From a candidate division FCPU426 bacterium (GTDB lineage: Bacteria > Oederibacteriota > PGYV01 > Palsa-1178), in assembly GCA_963840035.1 (NCBI GenBank), contig CAWIXE010000001.1, forward strand, positions 160,001 to 224,000: a DNA stretch of 64,000 nt, written 5' to 3'. Both the position numbers and the translations under genes were made by a program. How positions within the stretch are numbered: position 1 is the stretch's first letter; every line of letters begins with the position of its first letter. Shown in pieces: positions 19,409-29,107 of the stretch. The notes below the pieces were generated by a model, which ran no database searches, had not been told where the DNA came from, and worked only from the letters and a program-made list of their open reading frames with translations.

Positions 19409-20134
19409 TTATCCGCGTTTTTTTATAACCGCCGTATATGTTGGAAACATACCCCCATAAAACCTCTCCACCTTCCACGCCGTTCCCTCAAGCAGTTTTT
19501 CCATTTCCTTCTTTGAGACAAAAAGATAATCAAACCACTCCCCCATGACCTGCTTTATCATGATGCGCATGCGCGTGTTTCCCGGGAGGCGGCCGCGCTT
19601 TATGTTGCTTTGCCTGTAGGCTTCCTCTTCCCTGCCCGGCGTCCTGTACGGGTCCAGGGATTCCGCGATGATAATTCCGTCAGGGGGCGTCATGGAGTCC
19701 ATGCGCTTTAAGAGCGCCTTTAATTTTTTCGGGGTCTGAAAAAGGCCGAAGTTATGGCCGAGCATGAGTATGGTGTCAAACCTGCCGGTTTTTTTTGATA
19801 TTTTTTCTATGGGGAGCTCAATTACATTTTTCAGCCCGCGTTTCCTGCTGACCTTTACGGCCAGGGGCGAGTTGTCCATGCCTGTCACGTCAAAACCTTT
19901 TTCCTGGAGGTAAATCCCGTGGCGTCCCGCGCCGCAGCCGATATCGAGTACGCGCCCCTTGGCGTGCTTTATGGCGGCTTTCTCGAACATGGGCCAGCGC
20001 TTATAGTCCGTGAAGTACTCGCCTTTGTTCACGTGGAATGTTATGCCGTCGTCGCGCAAAAGCATCTCGGAGCAGGCGCCTGTTTTCATGTACTCAAGAA
20101 GTCCGGCGCCGAAGGCGTCTTTTGATTTTTTCAT
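19409..20134 (-). CDS. Class I SAM-dependent methyltransferase
   Basis: VLDIGCGAGRH motif I, FDTILMLGHNFG. Confidence 0.9.
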   Translation of the reverse strand: MKKSKDAFGAGLLEYMKTGACSEMLLRDDGITFHVNKGEYFTDYKRWPMFEKAAIKHAKGRVLDIGCGAGRHGIYLQEKGFDVTGMDNSPLAVKVSRKRGLKNVIELPIEKISKKTGRFDTILMLGHNFGLFQTPKKLKALLKRMDSMTPPDGIIIAESLDPYRTPGREEEAYRQSNIKRGRLPGNTRMRIMIKQVMGEWFDYLFVSKKEMEKLLEGTAWKVERFYGGMFPTYTAVIKKRG

Positions 20135-20260
20135 GGGGTCCTTTTATATCATAAATTTCCGGGCAAGCCGGAATAATTATTGTCCTCATTTTATGCTCAT
20201 GCCGTTTCAACCCTTATTGTAGCAAAGTTTCGCAGTTCCCGCAATCACAACACTACCCCG

Positions 20261-20322
20261 GAAAAATGTCAATTTTTTGTGGCCCGCCGCGCTTGTTATT
20301 CTGCCTGCCCGTTGCTATACTT
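20261..20322 (+). promoter_or_regulatory. Shared promoter, copy 1 (hemerythrin)
   Basis: gaaaaatgtcaattttttgt (20261-20280), 35 nt, tatactt (20316-20322). Confidence 0.75.
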
Positions 20323-20396
20323 ACACAGACAACAACCGGAACAAAAATCCCGCGCTTAAATTTTTTTGCCCTATTTTTGGGCTCAGGAGGCGGCGT

Positions 20397-20828
20397 ATGA
20401 GAAAGAACGCTTGGACGGATGAATTGCGCACGGGCATTAAGAGCATCGATGACCAGCACAGGGAATTCTTAACAGCCATTTCAGGTGTAATTGAAGCAAT
20501 CGGCTCCAACGGCGAAAGGAACGGAATCTTAAGGTCGCTTAAGGATATCCATGCCGCGGTAAACAGGCACTTTAAAACGGAAGAAAAGTTCATGGAAGGC
20601 AGCAGCTACCCGGATGCGGCGGGCCACATCAGGCTGCATAACGAATTCCAGAAGGAATTCCTGAGACTGGCAAGCCGGGTATACAATGGCGAGACGGGGC
20701 TGAAGTTTTCGAAGGAATTCAGGGAACGCGTGGCCGACTGGTGCGTATTGCACATAAAAAAGAACGACTTCAAACTTGCCTCTTACCTGAAAGCCGAGGA
20801 GGCGGAAAACAACGCAAACCGCCTTTAA
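20397..20828 (+). CDS. Bacteriohemerythrin
   Basis: WTDELRTGIKSIDDQH, HFKTEE, HIRLH, HIKKND di-iron ligands. SD aggagg precedes ATG 20397. Confidence 0.93.
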   Translation: MRKNAWTDELRTGIKSIDDQHREFLTAISGVIEAIGSNGERNGILRSLKDIHAAVNRHFKTEEKFMEGSSYPDAAGHIRLHNEFQKEFLRLASRVYNGETGLKFSKEFRERVADWCVLHIKKNDFKLASYLKAEEAENNANRL

Positions 20829-20890
20829 CACAGACGCCGACATCTTAAGAAACCACATACGGTTGCAGGTAAATCAGCCTGTGTGCGGCA

Positions 20891-22288
20891 TTAGAATCCG
20901 TACGTAATATCAGCCATCACATGCGTCAGGTTAAGCTCGTAATTATGCGAAATAAACCCCGTGGACCTTTTTTCCTTCTGCGAAAAATACCTGCATCCGG
21001 CGTTGAGCTTTAAACCGCCGTAATTGAAACCCGCGCCTCCTGTTATGGCGTACTCAGTGACGGAGAGCCTTCCCGGCGCCGGCTCATGCAATCCGGGCCA
21101 GTCAGCGCCCAGCCTTAAGGCGAACATTTCGCTGAATATGTATTCCACGCCGCCGCGTATGCCTCCGAAGCGTTTGTAAACCGAATTTTCATCCTTGTCA
21201 TTTACATTCACGTAGTATTCCACAGGCACTTTTATTACGGCTGTGTCATACGCCGCGCCCAGGGTCATGGCCCCGTTATATTTGGAGTACTGCGTTCCCT
21301 CGGGTGTTACGCTTTTATCAGTCCCAGTAAAATCCATCCTCCTGCCTTTAGCCGAGGCGCTCAGGACAAAAGACGCCGGCAAATATGCCCTGATGCCCAT
21401 GTCCGCGTAATAGCCTGAACCTTTATCCGTGGATGTGGTAACCGTGTCGGAAAAATGCGCGGTGAATGTGGATTCCATTGCCGCGTTTATCATGGCCCCG
21501 CCTGATAAATACGCCCTGACCTCGCCCGGCCTGTCATACTCAAATCCCGCGCCAAGGTTTATCCAGCTGTTCTTAACCTCTATATCCATAATGGAATTCA
21601 AAAGTTTGCCTGAAAATCCTTCCAGGGTATAGTCAAAGTAGTTGTAATCCCCGACATAGGTGTAATAATTATCCGTCTTTGCCCTGTTCTCAAAAAGCGC
21701 ACCCATGAAACCGCATGATATGGCCGCTGTTAATCCGTCCGGGCTTTTGTAATAAGCGTCCACGAGCCATTCCAGCCTGCCTGATGTTATTTTCACCGGG
21801 TTTGTTTCCTCGCGCAGGTAAGTGTAACGCACGGTGGCGCCCGCGCCTATTTCGTCGGTTATTTTGCGCGCGTACTGCGCTTCCCCGCCAGCCTGCCTGT
21901 CTGTGGAGGTAAATGAATTTACAATTACTGTCGAGTTATTATAATAAGGTTTTATGACGATGTTGTCGTAATCGGTTAAACGTATGTTTATCAGGTTGGT
22001 GTTTTCCACAAAGCAGTCCAGCGATTTGAATTCATACAATATCCCGGCCGGGTCCCCCCACGAACCGAAAGAAAGCACGGGCGAAAGCGCCACAATAGTC
22101 CCGGGGTTGTTGAGCAAAATGGCGGAAGCATACCCCGCGCCATAAAGCCCCATGCTGCTCGTCCTGTCGTCCAGGGCAAACTGCACGCCGCCCAAAGACT
22201 GCATGCGCGCGTATCCTCCGTCCCAGGATGAGGAGAATAAGGATGAAGAGGCGAGAAGGCAGAGTAAAAGCAACACTGGTTTTTTCAT
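20891..22288 (-). CDS. Outer-membrane beta-barrel protein (paralogue of 38589-39992)
   Basis: Signal peptide, alternating amphipathic strands, C-terminal ITYGF. Confidence 0.7.
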   Translation of the reverse strand: MKKPVLLLLCLLASSSLFSSSWDGGYARMQSLGGVQFALDDRTSSMGLYGAGYASAILLNNPGTIVALSPVLSFGSWGDPAGILYEFKSLDCFVENTNLINIRLTDYDNIVIKPYYNNSTVIVNSFTSTDRQAGGEAQYARKITDEIGAGATVRYTYLREETNPVKITSGRLEWLVDAYYKSPDGLTAAISCGFMGALFENRAKTDNYYTYVGDYNYFDYTLEGFSGKLLNSIMDIEVKNSWINLGAGFEYDRPGEVRAYLSGGAMINAAMESTFTAHFSDTVTTSTDKGSGYYADMGIRAYLPASFVLSASAKGRRMDFTGTDKSVTPEGTQYSKYNGAMTLGAAYDTAVIKVPVEYYVNVNDKDENSVYKRFGGIRGGVEYIFSEMFALRLGADWPGLHEPAPGRLSVTEYAITGGAGFNYGGLKLNAGCRYFSQKEKRSTGFISHNYELNLTHVMADITYGF

Positions 22289-22557
22289 GTATTTACCCCT
22301 TTAGGTTTTTGTATATACATGATTTTATCACCACAACAGGAAAAAGAAAAGGGCAATAACGGGCCGCGGGGTTGAGGTGAGGTGAAACCAATTGCCCTGT
22401 CCCCTCACCCTACCCTCTCCCGGAGGGAGAGGGAGTAAAAATACAAAATAGTCCACGCCCTTCTTTCCTCCACAACCTGTTTAAAATGGAAGGGCAGCTT
22501 TTCAGCCGCCCTTCCTCCATTAGTCATTAGTAATTTGTAATTAGTAATTCGTCCTTA

Positions 22558-24213
22558 TTAAATCCCTCCCACATGCATGTCCTTCGGGCTTGTTATCCTG
22601 AACCTGTACTCCAGTTCCTTTTTTTCTCCCGGTTTCAGGGTTATCTTCCACAGGTATATGTTGTTGTCGTCTATGCTCTCGTGCTTTATGGACTCCTCGT
22701 ACATTTCCACCTTTATCTTCTCCTGCGCCGAGTACGGGATGGCCTCTTTTAAGTTTATTGTGATGGATTTGTCCTTATAGTTCTCAAGGGTGATCTTGTA
22801 GGCGTAGTCGGCCTTCTTGTCCATGCCGAAGAAGCCTGTCTCTCCCGCCTTGGACGGGAGCTTTTCTTTTTTTACCTTTACGTTCTCGTCTATGCCGTAG
22901 GAGAACTTTATCTCCTCGTTGCGCGCGATCTCCGATGAGAGCTCGGCTTTGCCCGAGTAGTTGTCGTCCAGGTAGAGATTAACCGGCCCGGGCATGAGCA
23001 CCATGTCAGCGGTGTTCTTAAATCCGGCTGTCAGGTACGCCTTGTTTGAGGCTGAGGGTATCACGGTGTAGAACATCTTATCCGCCGTGAAGTTTAATGA
23101 CTTTATCAGCACTTTTTTCTGTTCCCCGTTGTTTGAAACGTCATACCTGTCCTTGATCCTCATCTGCATGTTTATCTCGCTGTATTTTACCGACTCCACC
23201 CTGTTTTCCATTTCCATTACCTCAGCCTTATCCTCCGCCATTTCCGCCATTACAGAGGCCTTTGCGGCCGGCGCTTTGCGCAGCATCTGATTGCCGTAAA
23301 CCTGCTGTATCTGGCCGATTATCCACGGCGAAAGCTCCGGCAGCGTCGCGTCAAAAGCAGGCATGCCCGTGGCAATTACGAGCTTCACGTCGTCCCACTT
23401 CTCCGAAGTGTACTGGTTAATCTTGGCGTACATGCGCGTCTCTATCTTAGAGCCGGCAAAATCCAGGTTGCTTTCATAGTAGGGCGTCCATGACGCGTTA
23501 GTGACAATGTATTTTACCCCGAGCGCGGCCTGTGCCTCTTCTTTGGCGTCTATGGAAACATAAAGGACGTTTATGGTCTTATTCCCGCCGGTTGAGAGCC
23601 CGGCAAGCTGCGAATCCAGAACCTGGATATCGTTGTTTATCTTTTCTATTGCCGCGTTGGCGTCGCGCTTGCCTGTCAGGCAGGAATCAATGCCGTTGGT
23701 GATGAAATCCAGGAGCTCCGATGTGTTCTTCACATTAATATCCTTTAAAGCCACCATATTTGAAAGCTCGTCAATGCTCTTGGCTGTTAAGGCGCGCAAA
23801 AACGCGAGCTTGTCGTCCATGACAAGCAAAGTGTCCTGTTTTGCCTTCAGCTGCTTTTTTAATGACTCAAGCTTCCCCTTTATGTCAGCTTCCCCGCCTG
23901 TTGAAGGCGTATTCGGGACAACTATGGACCTGTACTCAAATTCTTTTATGGCGTAAACAGATGTGCCCGCGGGCCTGAATGCCATAAGCGTATCCTGCAC
24001 AAGCTCGGGCGGAAGCCCGCCGATAAAAAACCTGTTCTCCCCTTTTACAAGATTAACCAAACCTTTGCGTTCCACATAAGCGTTCTGCTGGTAAACCGTC
24101 ACAGTATCGGTCTTTAAAGTGATGTTCTTAACCCCGTCTTCAGACCGTAAAACAGGCACTGCCATTACAAAAAACATGAGCAAAACAAGGACATTTTTCC
24201 GGATTCCAGCCAT
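22558..24213 (-). CDS. DUF4140/DUF4139 (MuiA-like) protein
   Basis: VTVYQQNAYVER, coiled coil, YIVTNASWTPYY, QYTSEKWDDVKL, WKITLKPGEKKEL. Confidence 0.85.
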   Translation of the reverse strand: MAGIRKNVLVLLMFFVMAVPVLRSEDGVKNITLKTDTVTVYQQNAYVERKGLVNLVKGENRFFIGGLPPELVQDTLMAFRPAGTSVYAIKEFEYRSIVVPNTPSTGGEADIKGKLESLKKQLKAKQDTLLVMDDKLAFLRALTAKSIDELSNMVALKDINVKNTSELLDFITNGIDSCLTGKRDANAAIEKINNDIQVLDSQLAGLSTGGNKTINVLYVSIDAKEEAQAALGVKYIVTNASWTPYYESNLDFAGSKIETRMYAKINQYTSEKWDDVKLVIATGMPAFDATLPELSPWIIGQIQQVYGNQMLRKAPAAKASVMAEMAEDKAEVMEMENRVESVKYSEINMQMRIKDRYDVSNNGEQKKVLIKSLNFTADKMFYTVIPSASNKAYLTAGFKNTADMVLMPGPVNLYLDDNYSGKAELSSEIARNEEIKFSYGIDENVKVKKEKLPSKAGETGFFGMDKKADYAYKITLENYKDKSITINLKEAIPYSAQEKIKVEMYEESIKHESIDDNNIYLWKITLKPGEKKELEYRFRITSPKDMHVGGI

Positions 24214-24364
24214 TTTAAACCCTCCTGCGTGTTTTGTACTTCCTTCCTACCAGGGAAGACACCAACCCGGCAAATAAGTTCCATCGTAAAAGCCTCAGAA
24301 ATCCTCTTCTTATTCCCATTACTTTAAAATGATTATGCTTGCATTGCAGGAAGGAATTAGAACT

Positions 24365-24455
24365 CGTAGGGGCGAGCCGGTGGCTCGCCCGCAACGTTGG
24401 TTGTATAAACGGCTTTTAGTTCTAAAACCGGGCGAGCCACCGGCTCGCCCCTACG
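24365..24455. repeat. GTAG REP doublet
   Basis: cgtaggggcgagccggtggctcgccc ... gggcgagccaccggctcgcccctacg, in inverted orientation. Confidence 0.85.
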
Positions 24456-24567
24456 AAAACAAAAATGGCTGATGGTCATCAAAGGCGGCTTAAATAGGTA
24501 TTTTCTCTTGACGATACTGCTTCCAGTTGATAATCTAAATAAAACCAACGCTTTACAAGGAGGCTTT

Positions 24568-25329
24568 ATGTCTTACAAAAAACAACCCGCAAACCCCTGG
24601 CTGCTTCTCATCATTTTTTTCCTCATTTCCGTGCTTATCACCTGGTTTGCCGCCGCGGATTATCTTAAGTATGACAGGCTCTCAAAAAACGGCAAAGGGG
24701 CCAGGGCGCTTATTGTTTCATACGTTCCCGAGGTCAGCCATGGCCGGCACGGGGATACCACTTATCATTACCACATGGTAAACGTCGACGGGAAAATGGT
24801 GAAAATCAAGCTGGATTCCGAGCGCAGCCCCGGACAGATCATAGATGTCGTCTTCCTTGCTGAGACACCGGATAAGCTCACCGAAGGCAAACCGGGAATG
24901 ACCGCAAGGCAGCTGATGGGAAGCGATTTTATGATCATGCTTATAATGACAGTCATATTTGACCTTATCTTTGTCCTGCTGCTTATCTTCAACAACCCGA
25001 TGGACGAAAAGGTAAAGCAAAGGATGGCAAAACAAAAAGCCGACAGCGCCCTGGATGAGCAGCCTGACGCGATAAAAGCCCTTCTGCGCTCAGGGAAACT
25101 CACGGCAAAAATAAACACCCCCAGACCCGAAACGCAAACCAATCTGCCGCCCACAGGCCCCATACCGGTGCCGTCAATGACGGAAGTATTAAACACAGAA
25201 GCCACCGCGGCGGCAAAGGATTATATGCGGTCAATAAAGACAAGGGAAGAAGTGATAGCGTGCCTGAAGGCGAAATGCCCGGGGTTTACGGAACTGGAAT
25301 ATGAAGAGGCTTTAAACAGAAACCTTTAA
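24568..25329 (+). CDS. Membrane protein (DUF3592-like TM-beta-TM layout)
   Basis: Two TM segments flank a short beta domain. SD aggagg precedes ATG 24568. Confidence 0.6.
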   Translation: MSYKKQPANPWLLLIIFFLISVLITWFAAADYLKYDRLSKNGKGARALIVSYVPEVSHGRHGDTTYHYHMVNVDGKMVKIKLDSERSPGQIIDVVFLAETPDKLTEGKPGMTARQLMGSDFMIMLIMTVIFDLIFVLLLIFNNPMDEKVKQRMAKQKADSALDEQPDAIKALLRSGKLTAKINTPRPETQTNLPPTGPIPVPSMTEVLNTEATAAAKDYMRSIKTREEVIACLKAKCPGFTELEYEEALNRNL

Positions 25330-25431
25330 CGGCAATTTATAATCACTAATGACTAAATATTAATTATTGTGCGCGGTGCGCTTTTTCTTTATAGCTCGTA
25401 TTCCCTCTAACGGCCTGACAGCATCGCTTCT

Positions 25432-25839
25432 TCATATGAACTTCAGGCAGTTTTCGCACGCTATGTCCTTGTTTATGAACGCCACTGCGCCGCTGCGGTA
25501 GCTGTCGTCCACGTCACAGCCGTTGCATGAGCCCGTGAGCACTATGAATTCAATCCCTTCGGAGCCCTTTTCCGCCCTGACCGCGCGCATGAGCTCAAGC
25601 CCGCCTATTTTGGGCATGGAAAGGTCGAGCAGCACCGTGATTTTTTTATTTCCATCCGCGGTTTTAAGCGACAGCAGGTAATCCCTGGCCTTTACGCTGT
25701 CGTCCATCCATACCACCTTTTTCCCGGGATTGCATTTTTTAAACGCTTCCTGCATTATTTGGGCGTCGAACCTGTTGTCATCCACTATGAGGATATCCGC
25801 GTCAGCAGGTTCCATTGATGGCTTCCCCCTGCCAGGCAT
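25432..25839 (-). CDS. Single-domain response regulator (Rcp1-like)
   Basis: ILIVDDN, LLDLSMPKIGG, VLTGS, SYRSGAVAFINK. Confidence 0.85.
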   Translation of the reverse strand: MPGRGKPSMEPADADILIVDDNRFDAQIMQEAFKKCNPGKKVVWMDDSVKARDYLLSLKTADGNKKITVLLDLSMPKIGGLELMRAVRAEKGSEGIEFIVLTGSCNGCDVDDSYRSGAVAFINKDIACENCLKFI

Positions 25840-26134
25840 CCGTATTCCAGTTGTTTTTTGCCGCGGGTTCCGTCAGCTTCAGGAATTCCTGAAGAACCTT
25901 TGACTCTATCCTGCTTCTCAGCGAGCAGTTTGTGGGGTGGGCTGTATCGGCAAACCTGCCGTCGGGCATCTGCCGTCCGGGCATGGCCACGAAAAGCCCG
26001 TACCTGCCCTCTATGACCTGTATGCCGTTGACCGCGAACTCATTGTCAAAAATTATCGCCGCGTATGCCTTGAGCTTTTTTTCTCCCGTGAATTCCTCTT
26101 TCCTCGGGAATATCCTTACCTCGGTTATTTCCAT
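25802..26134 (-). CDS. spoVG: SpoVG-family protein, copy 2
   Basis: MEITEVRIF, LKAYAAIIFDNEFAV, GLFVAMP, FADTAHP. Confidence 0.92.
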   Translation of the reverse strand: MEITEVRIFPRKEEFTGEKKLKAYAAIIFDNEFAVNGIQVIEGRYGLFVAMPGRQMPDGRFADTAHPTNCSLRSRIESKVLQEFLKLTEPAAKNNWNTDAWQGEAINGTC

Positions 26135-26151
26135 TTTTGCGCCTCCCTTTT

Positions 26152-26442
26152 TTATTGAGCCACTGAATCGGCTGCCTGCGTGGTCTCGTAAAACTTATCC
26201 AGGACCTTTGCCTCTATGGCGTTCCTGACCCCTGTGTTGAGCGGGTGCGCTATATCCTTGAAAGTCCCGTCCGCGAGTTTCCTGCTGGGCATTACGACAA
26301 AAAGCCCGTTCTTGCCCTCGATGACTTTTAGCCCCCTTACCACAAACTCTCCGTCAAACGTCACGCTTACATACGCTTTGAGTTTGGCGTTTTCCGGGTC
26401 TGATTCCTTCCTTGAAAAAACCTTTACGTCCGTGATCTGCAT
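26152..26442 (-). CDS. spoVG: SpoVG-family protein, copy 1
   Basis: MQITDVKVF, LKAYVSVTFDGEFVVRGLKVIEG, GLFVVMPSRK, FKDIAHP. SD ggaggg precedes ATG 26442. Confidence 0.95.
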   Translation of the reverse strand: MQITDVKVFSRKESDPENAKLKAYVSVTFDGEFVVRGLKVIEGKNGLFVVMPSRKLADGTFKDIAHPLNTGVRNAIEAKVLDKFYETTQAADSVAQ

Positions 26443-26486
26443 GTTTCCCTCCGTGTCGGCCTTTTTTTTATCACCCTGACAGGCAG

Positions 26487-26548
26487 AAGTATACACGCGG
26501 CGCCTCAAATATGGAATGTCCGCACTCTACAAAAAATTGACGTTTTTC
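26487..26548 (-). promoter_or_regulatory. Shared promoter, copy 2 (spoVG-spoVG-receiver)
   Basis: Minus strand: gaaaaacgtcaattttttgt (26548-26529), 35 nt, tatactt (26493-26487). Confidence 0.75.
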
Positions 26549-26624
26549 CCGGATCCAAAAAAGTGAAATAATTGCGGTACGTCGGGGTGTTTTTGATTTG
26601 AAATATGGTGTTTGTTGCCCGGGA

Positions 26625-27425
26625 TTATTTCTTTTTGAACTGCTTGGGGGTTGTTCCTGTGAATTTCTTAAAGGCCCTTATGAATGATTCCGGGTTTGAA
26701 TACGCGAGCATGGAAGACACCTGGTTTACGTTATAGCCTTTTTCAAGCAGTTCATGCGCTTTTTTTACCCTTACGCTCGACCTGTACTCGGAAAATCCCG
26801 TGCCGGTGCATTCAAGAAAGAGCCTGCTTAAAGCCTTCGGCGTCATGCCCGCCCTGCCTGCCGCTTCCACCAGGCCCACCTTCTTGTCGCTGTTGCGCTG
26901 TATGAAGACCTTTATCTGCTCTATTTTTCCCTCCATCCCGCCGCACTCCTCGGGACGGATATGGTTTTTGCCCTTCAACAGCTCCGCGACAGTTTTCCTC
27001 AGCCGCGGGATATCCACCGGCTTTTCAGCGAAACCGTCAGCCCTGGACTTTAAGGCGGCTACCACGTTGTCATTTGAGGCGCTGGCGGTGAGCATGACAA
27101 CCGGCAAGCCCGGACAGAGTTTTTTAATCTCCGCCAGGGTTTCTATACCGCTTAGCCCGGGCATGCTGATATCAAGGACCACAAGGTCGATTGTGTTTGG
27201 TTTTTTCAGGATCTCCAGGGCCTGCCCGCCGCCGGATGCTTCTGTTGCTTCGTAATCATGGAAACAACCGCGGAATTCCTGCCTGAATTCAGGTTCATCA
27301 TCGACTATGAGTATGCTTCCCCTCGACACGCCGGCCTCCAATATCCGCGAATATGGTTCATTTACCACTGTCTGTTTGTCCCCGCGGCGACAGTTAATTA
27401 TATAATTTATTCCTGCGCGCCGCAA
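26625..27425 (-). CDS. Response regulator, receiver plus AraC HTH (start uncertain)
   Basis: ILIVDDE, VVLDISMPG, and AraC tail LSRLF...FSEY...FIRAFKKFTGTTP. Confidence 0.9.
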   Translation of the reverse strand: MRRAGINYIINCRRGDKQTVVNEPYSRILEAGVSRGSILIVDDEPEFRQEFRGCFHDYEATEASGGGQALEILKKPNTIDLVVLDISMPGLSGIETLAEIKKLCPGLPVVMLTASASNDNVVAALKSRADGFAEKPVDIPRLRKTVAELLKGKNHIRPEECGGMEGKIEQIKVFIQRNSDKKVGLVEAAGRAGMTPKALSRLFLECTGTGFSEYRSSVRVKKAHELLEKGYNVNQVSSMLAYSNPESFIRAFKKFTGTTPKQFKKK

Positions 27426-27521
27426 TATAATTTGCAGACCTGAACCTTAAAATAACCTGACGCAGCCTCTTTTTTGCGGCGTCCGTAAAAAACCTGACCC
27501 TGATTATTACCGCCATACCGG

Positions 27522-27800
27522 TCACATGACCGCGTGTTCGGACGGGCGGCCCGCCTTTGGGGCACGCATAAAACGCCCCTTTGCCGCGGCTTCCTGGGCG
27601 GCCTTCAATGCCTCCCTTAATTCCCTGCCGCGTATTTCGAGCTCAGCCTCGCACAGCACCAGCTCATATGCGAGCCTTTCCTTTTTCAGGGCCGCCATGG
27701 ATACCCCGGCCTCAGCCATCCTTTCCTTCACCAATTTCTCGCCTGCCCTGCGAAGCCTTAACTTTTCATAATAACCGAAATCCTGCCCCAGAACTCCCAT
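27522..27800 (-). CDS. Small coiled-coil protein resembling the LRxRAE...ELE segment of sensor kinases
   Basis: LRLRRAGEKL...RLAYELVLCEAELEIRGRELREA. SD ggagg upstream. Confidence 0.6.
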   Translation of the reverse strand: MGVLGQDFGYYEKLRLRRAGEKLVKERMAEAGVSMAALKKERLAYELVLCEAELEIRGRELREALKAAQEAAAKGRFMRAPKAGRPSEHAVM

Positions 27801-27841
27801 ACAGCCTCCCGTTTTTCCCGGATATCATCCGTGTTTTATTG

Positions 27842-28213
27842 TCAGTCCGCCAATTTTTTAACAGCCATCAGAAGATCCTCCGCGTGAAACGGCTTGGCCA
27901 TGATAAAATGCGCGTTTCCAAGAAGCGTTATCCTGTCGTTGTCCCCGTATTCCTGCAGGTTCAGGTTGCTTCCGGTTAACACTATGGTCTTTAGCTTTAT
28001 TCCGCGCTCAAGCATGTTCCTGAGCACCCCGTATCCGTCCATAACCGGCATTTTCAGATCAAGTATCATCACGCTCATTTTTTCGGCCTCCATGGCTTTA
28101 AGCGCCGCGAACCCGTCAGCCGCCGTCCTTATTTCATAACCCTCATACTCAAGCATTTCCGAGAGTTCTCCCCGCAGTTCTTTGTCGTCGTCCACTATGA
28201 GTATCTTTCCCAT
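27842..28213 (-). CDS. Single-domain response regulator
   Basis: ILIVDDD, ILDLKMPVMDG, VLTGS, AKPF. Confidence 0.9.
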   Translation of the reverse strand: MGKILIVDDDKELRGELSEMLEYEGYEIRTAADGFAALKAMEAEKMSVMILDLKMPVMDGYGVLRNMLERGIKLKTIVLTGSNLNLQEYGDNDRITLLGNAHFIMAKPFHAEDLLMAVKKLAD

Positions 28214-28278
28214 CTGTCCTCCTTAATTAAATCCGCTTCCTCCGGAATTTTTAGCCGGCGTATTTTTACTTACGGCAT

Positions 28279-28340
28279 AAGTATATATTATTTGTTGTCC
28301 GGGATGAATGGCGGTGTTCCACTATTAATTGACATTTTTC
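28279..28340 (-). promoter_or_regulatory. Shared promoter, copy 3 (receiver plus coiled-coil genes)
   Basis: Minus strand: gaaaaatgtcaattaatagt (28340-28321), 35 nt, tatactt (28285-28279). Confidence 0.75.
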
Positions 28341-28378
28341 AGGAAGTATCCCGGCATGGCGCCGGCCCTGCTTTCCGG

Positions 28379-29107
28379 CTATTTCTTGACGCGGTTTTTT
28401 TTCCGCCTGATGGCCGCCAGGTATTTCCCCGGCGACGCGCCGGTCTTGCTTTTAAAGGCCCTTATGAAAGCGTACTCATCCGCGAAGGCGAGCATTTCCG
28501 CCACGCGCCCGAGGCTGTGCCCCGTCTCCAGCAGTTGCTTTGCTTTTGCCACCATCACAGAGGCCCTGAACTCCGAGAATGATACCCCTGTTTTTTCCTC
28601 AAACACCCTGCTTAAATACTTGGGATTAAGTCCGGCTTCCAGCGCGGCTTCATCAAGCCCGGTTTTTTTGTCATAATTGCGCTCGACAAATTTTTTAACC
28701 TTCTCTATCTTCGCGTCTGTGGAGCCGGTGTCGGGTATGCCTTCGGCGTCCTTTTCCTTAAGCAGCCGGGATATTATTTCCCTGGTTTCAGCGATATCAA
28801 ACGGTTTTTCTATGTATTCATCCGCCCTGTTATTAAGCGATGCCATGGCGATTTCCTTTGTGCTGTTGCCGGTTAACATCACCACTTTTATGCCCGGCTT
28901 TATTTTTTTTATCATGGCCAGCGCCCGGGTGCCGTCCATTCCCGGCATCTTCACGTCGAGTATCACAAGCTCTATGCCGCTATTTTCCTTGAGGATTTTT
29001 ATGGCTGTCCCCGCGTCAGGTGCCTGCGTTATTTTACAGTCGTCAAAACAGGAACAGAATTCCCTCCTGAAATCCGCGTCGTCGTCGACTATCATGAGGT
29101 TATACAA
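28379..29107 (-). CDS. Response regulator, receiver plus AraC HTH (paralogue of 26625-27425)
   Basis: LMIVDDD, ILDVKMPGMDG, EKPF, LSRVF...FSEFR...FIRAFK. TTG start overlaps the kinase stop codon. Confidence 0.9.
   Translation of the reverse strand: MYNLMIVDDDADFRREFCSCFDDCKITQAPDAGTAIKILKENSGIELVILDVKMPGMDGTRALAMIKKIKPGIKVVMLTGNSTKEIAMASLNNRADEYIEKPFDIAETREIISRLLKEKDAEGIPDTGSTDAKIEKVKKFVERNYDKKTGLDEAALEAGLNPKYLSRVFEEKTGVSFSEFRASVMVAKAKQLLETGHSLGRVAEMLAFADEYAFIRAFKSKTGASPGKYLAAIRRKKNRVKK

Noticed and set aside
20261..20280. FNR/CRP box for the shared promoter motif
   Set aside because: Only a GTCAA half-site is present. The matching TTGAY half is missing in all three copies.
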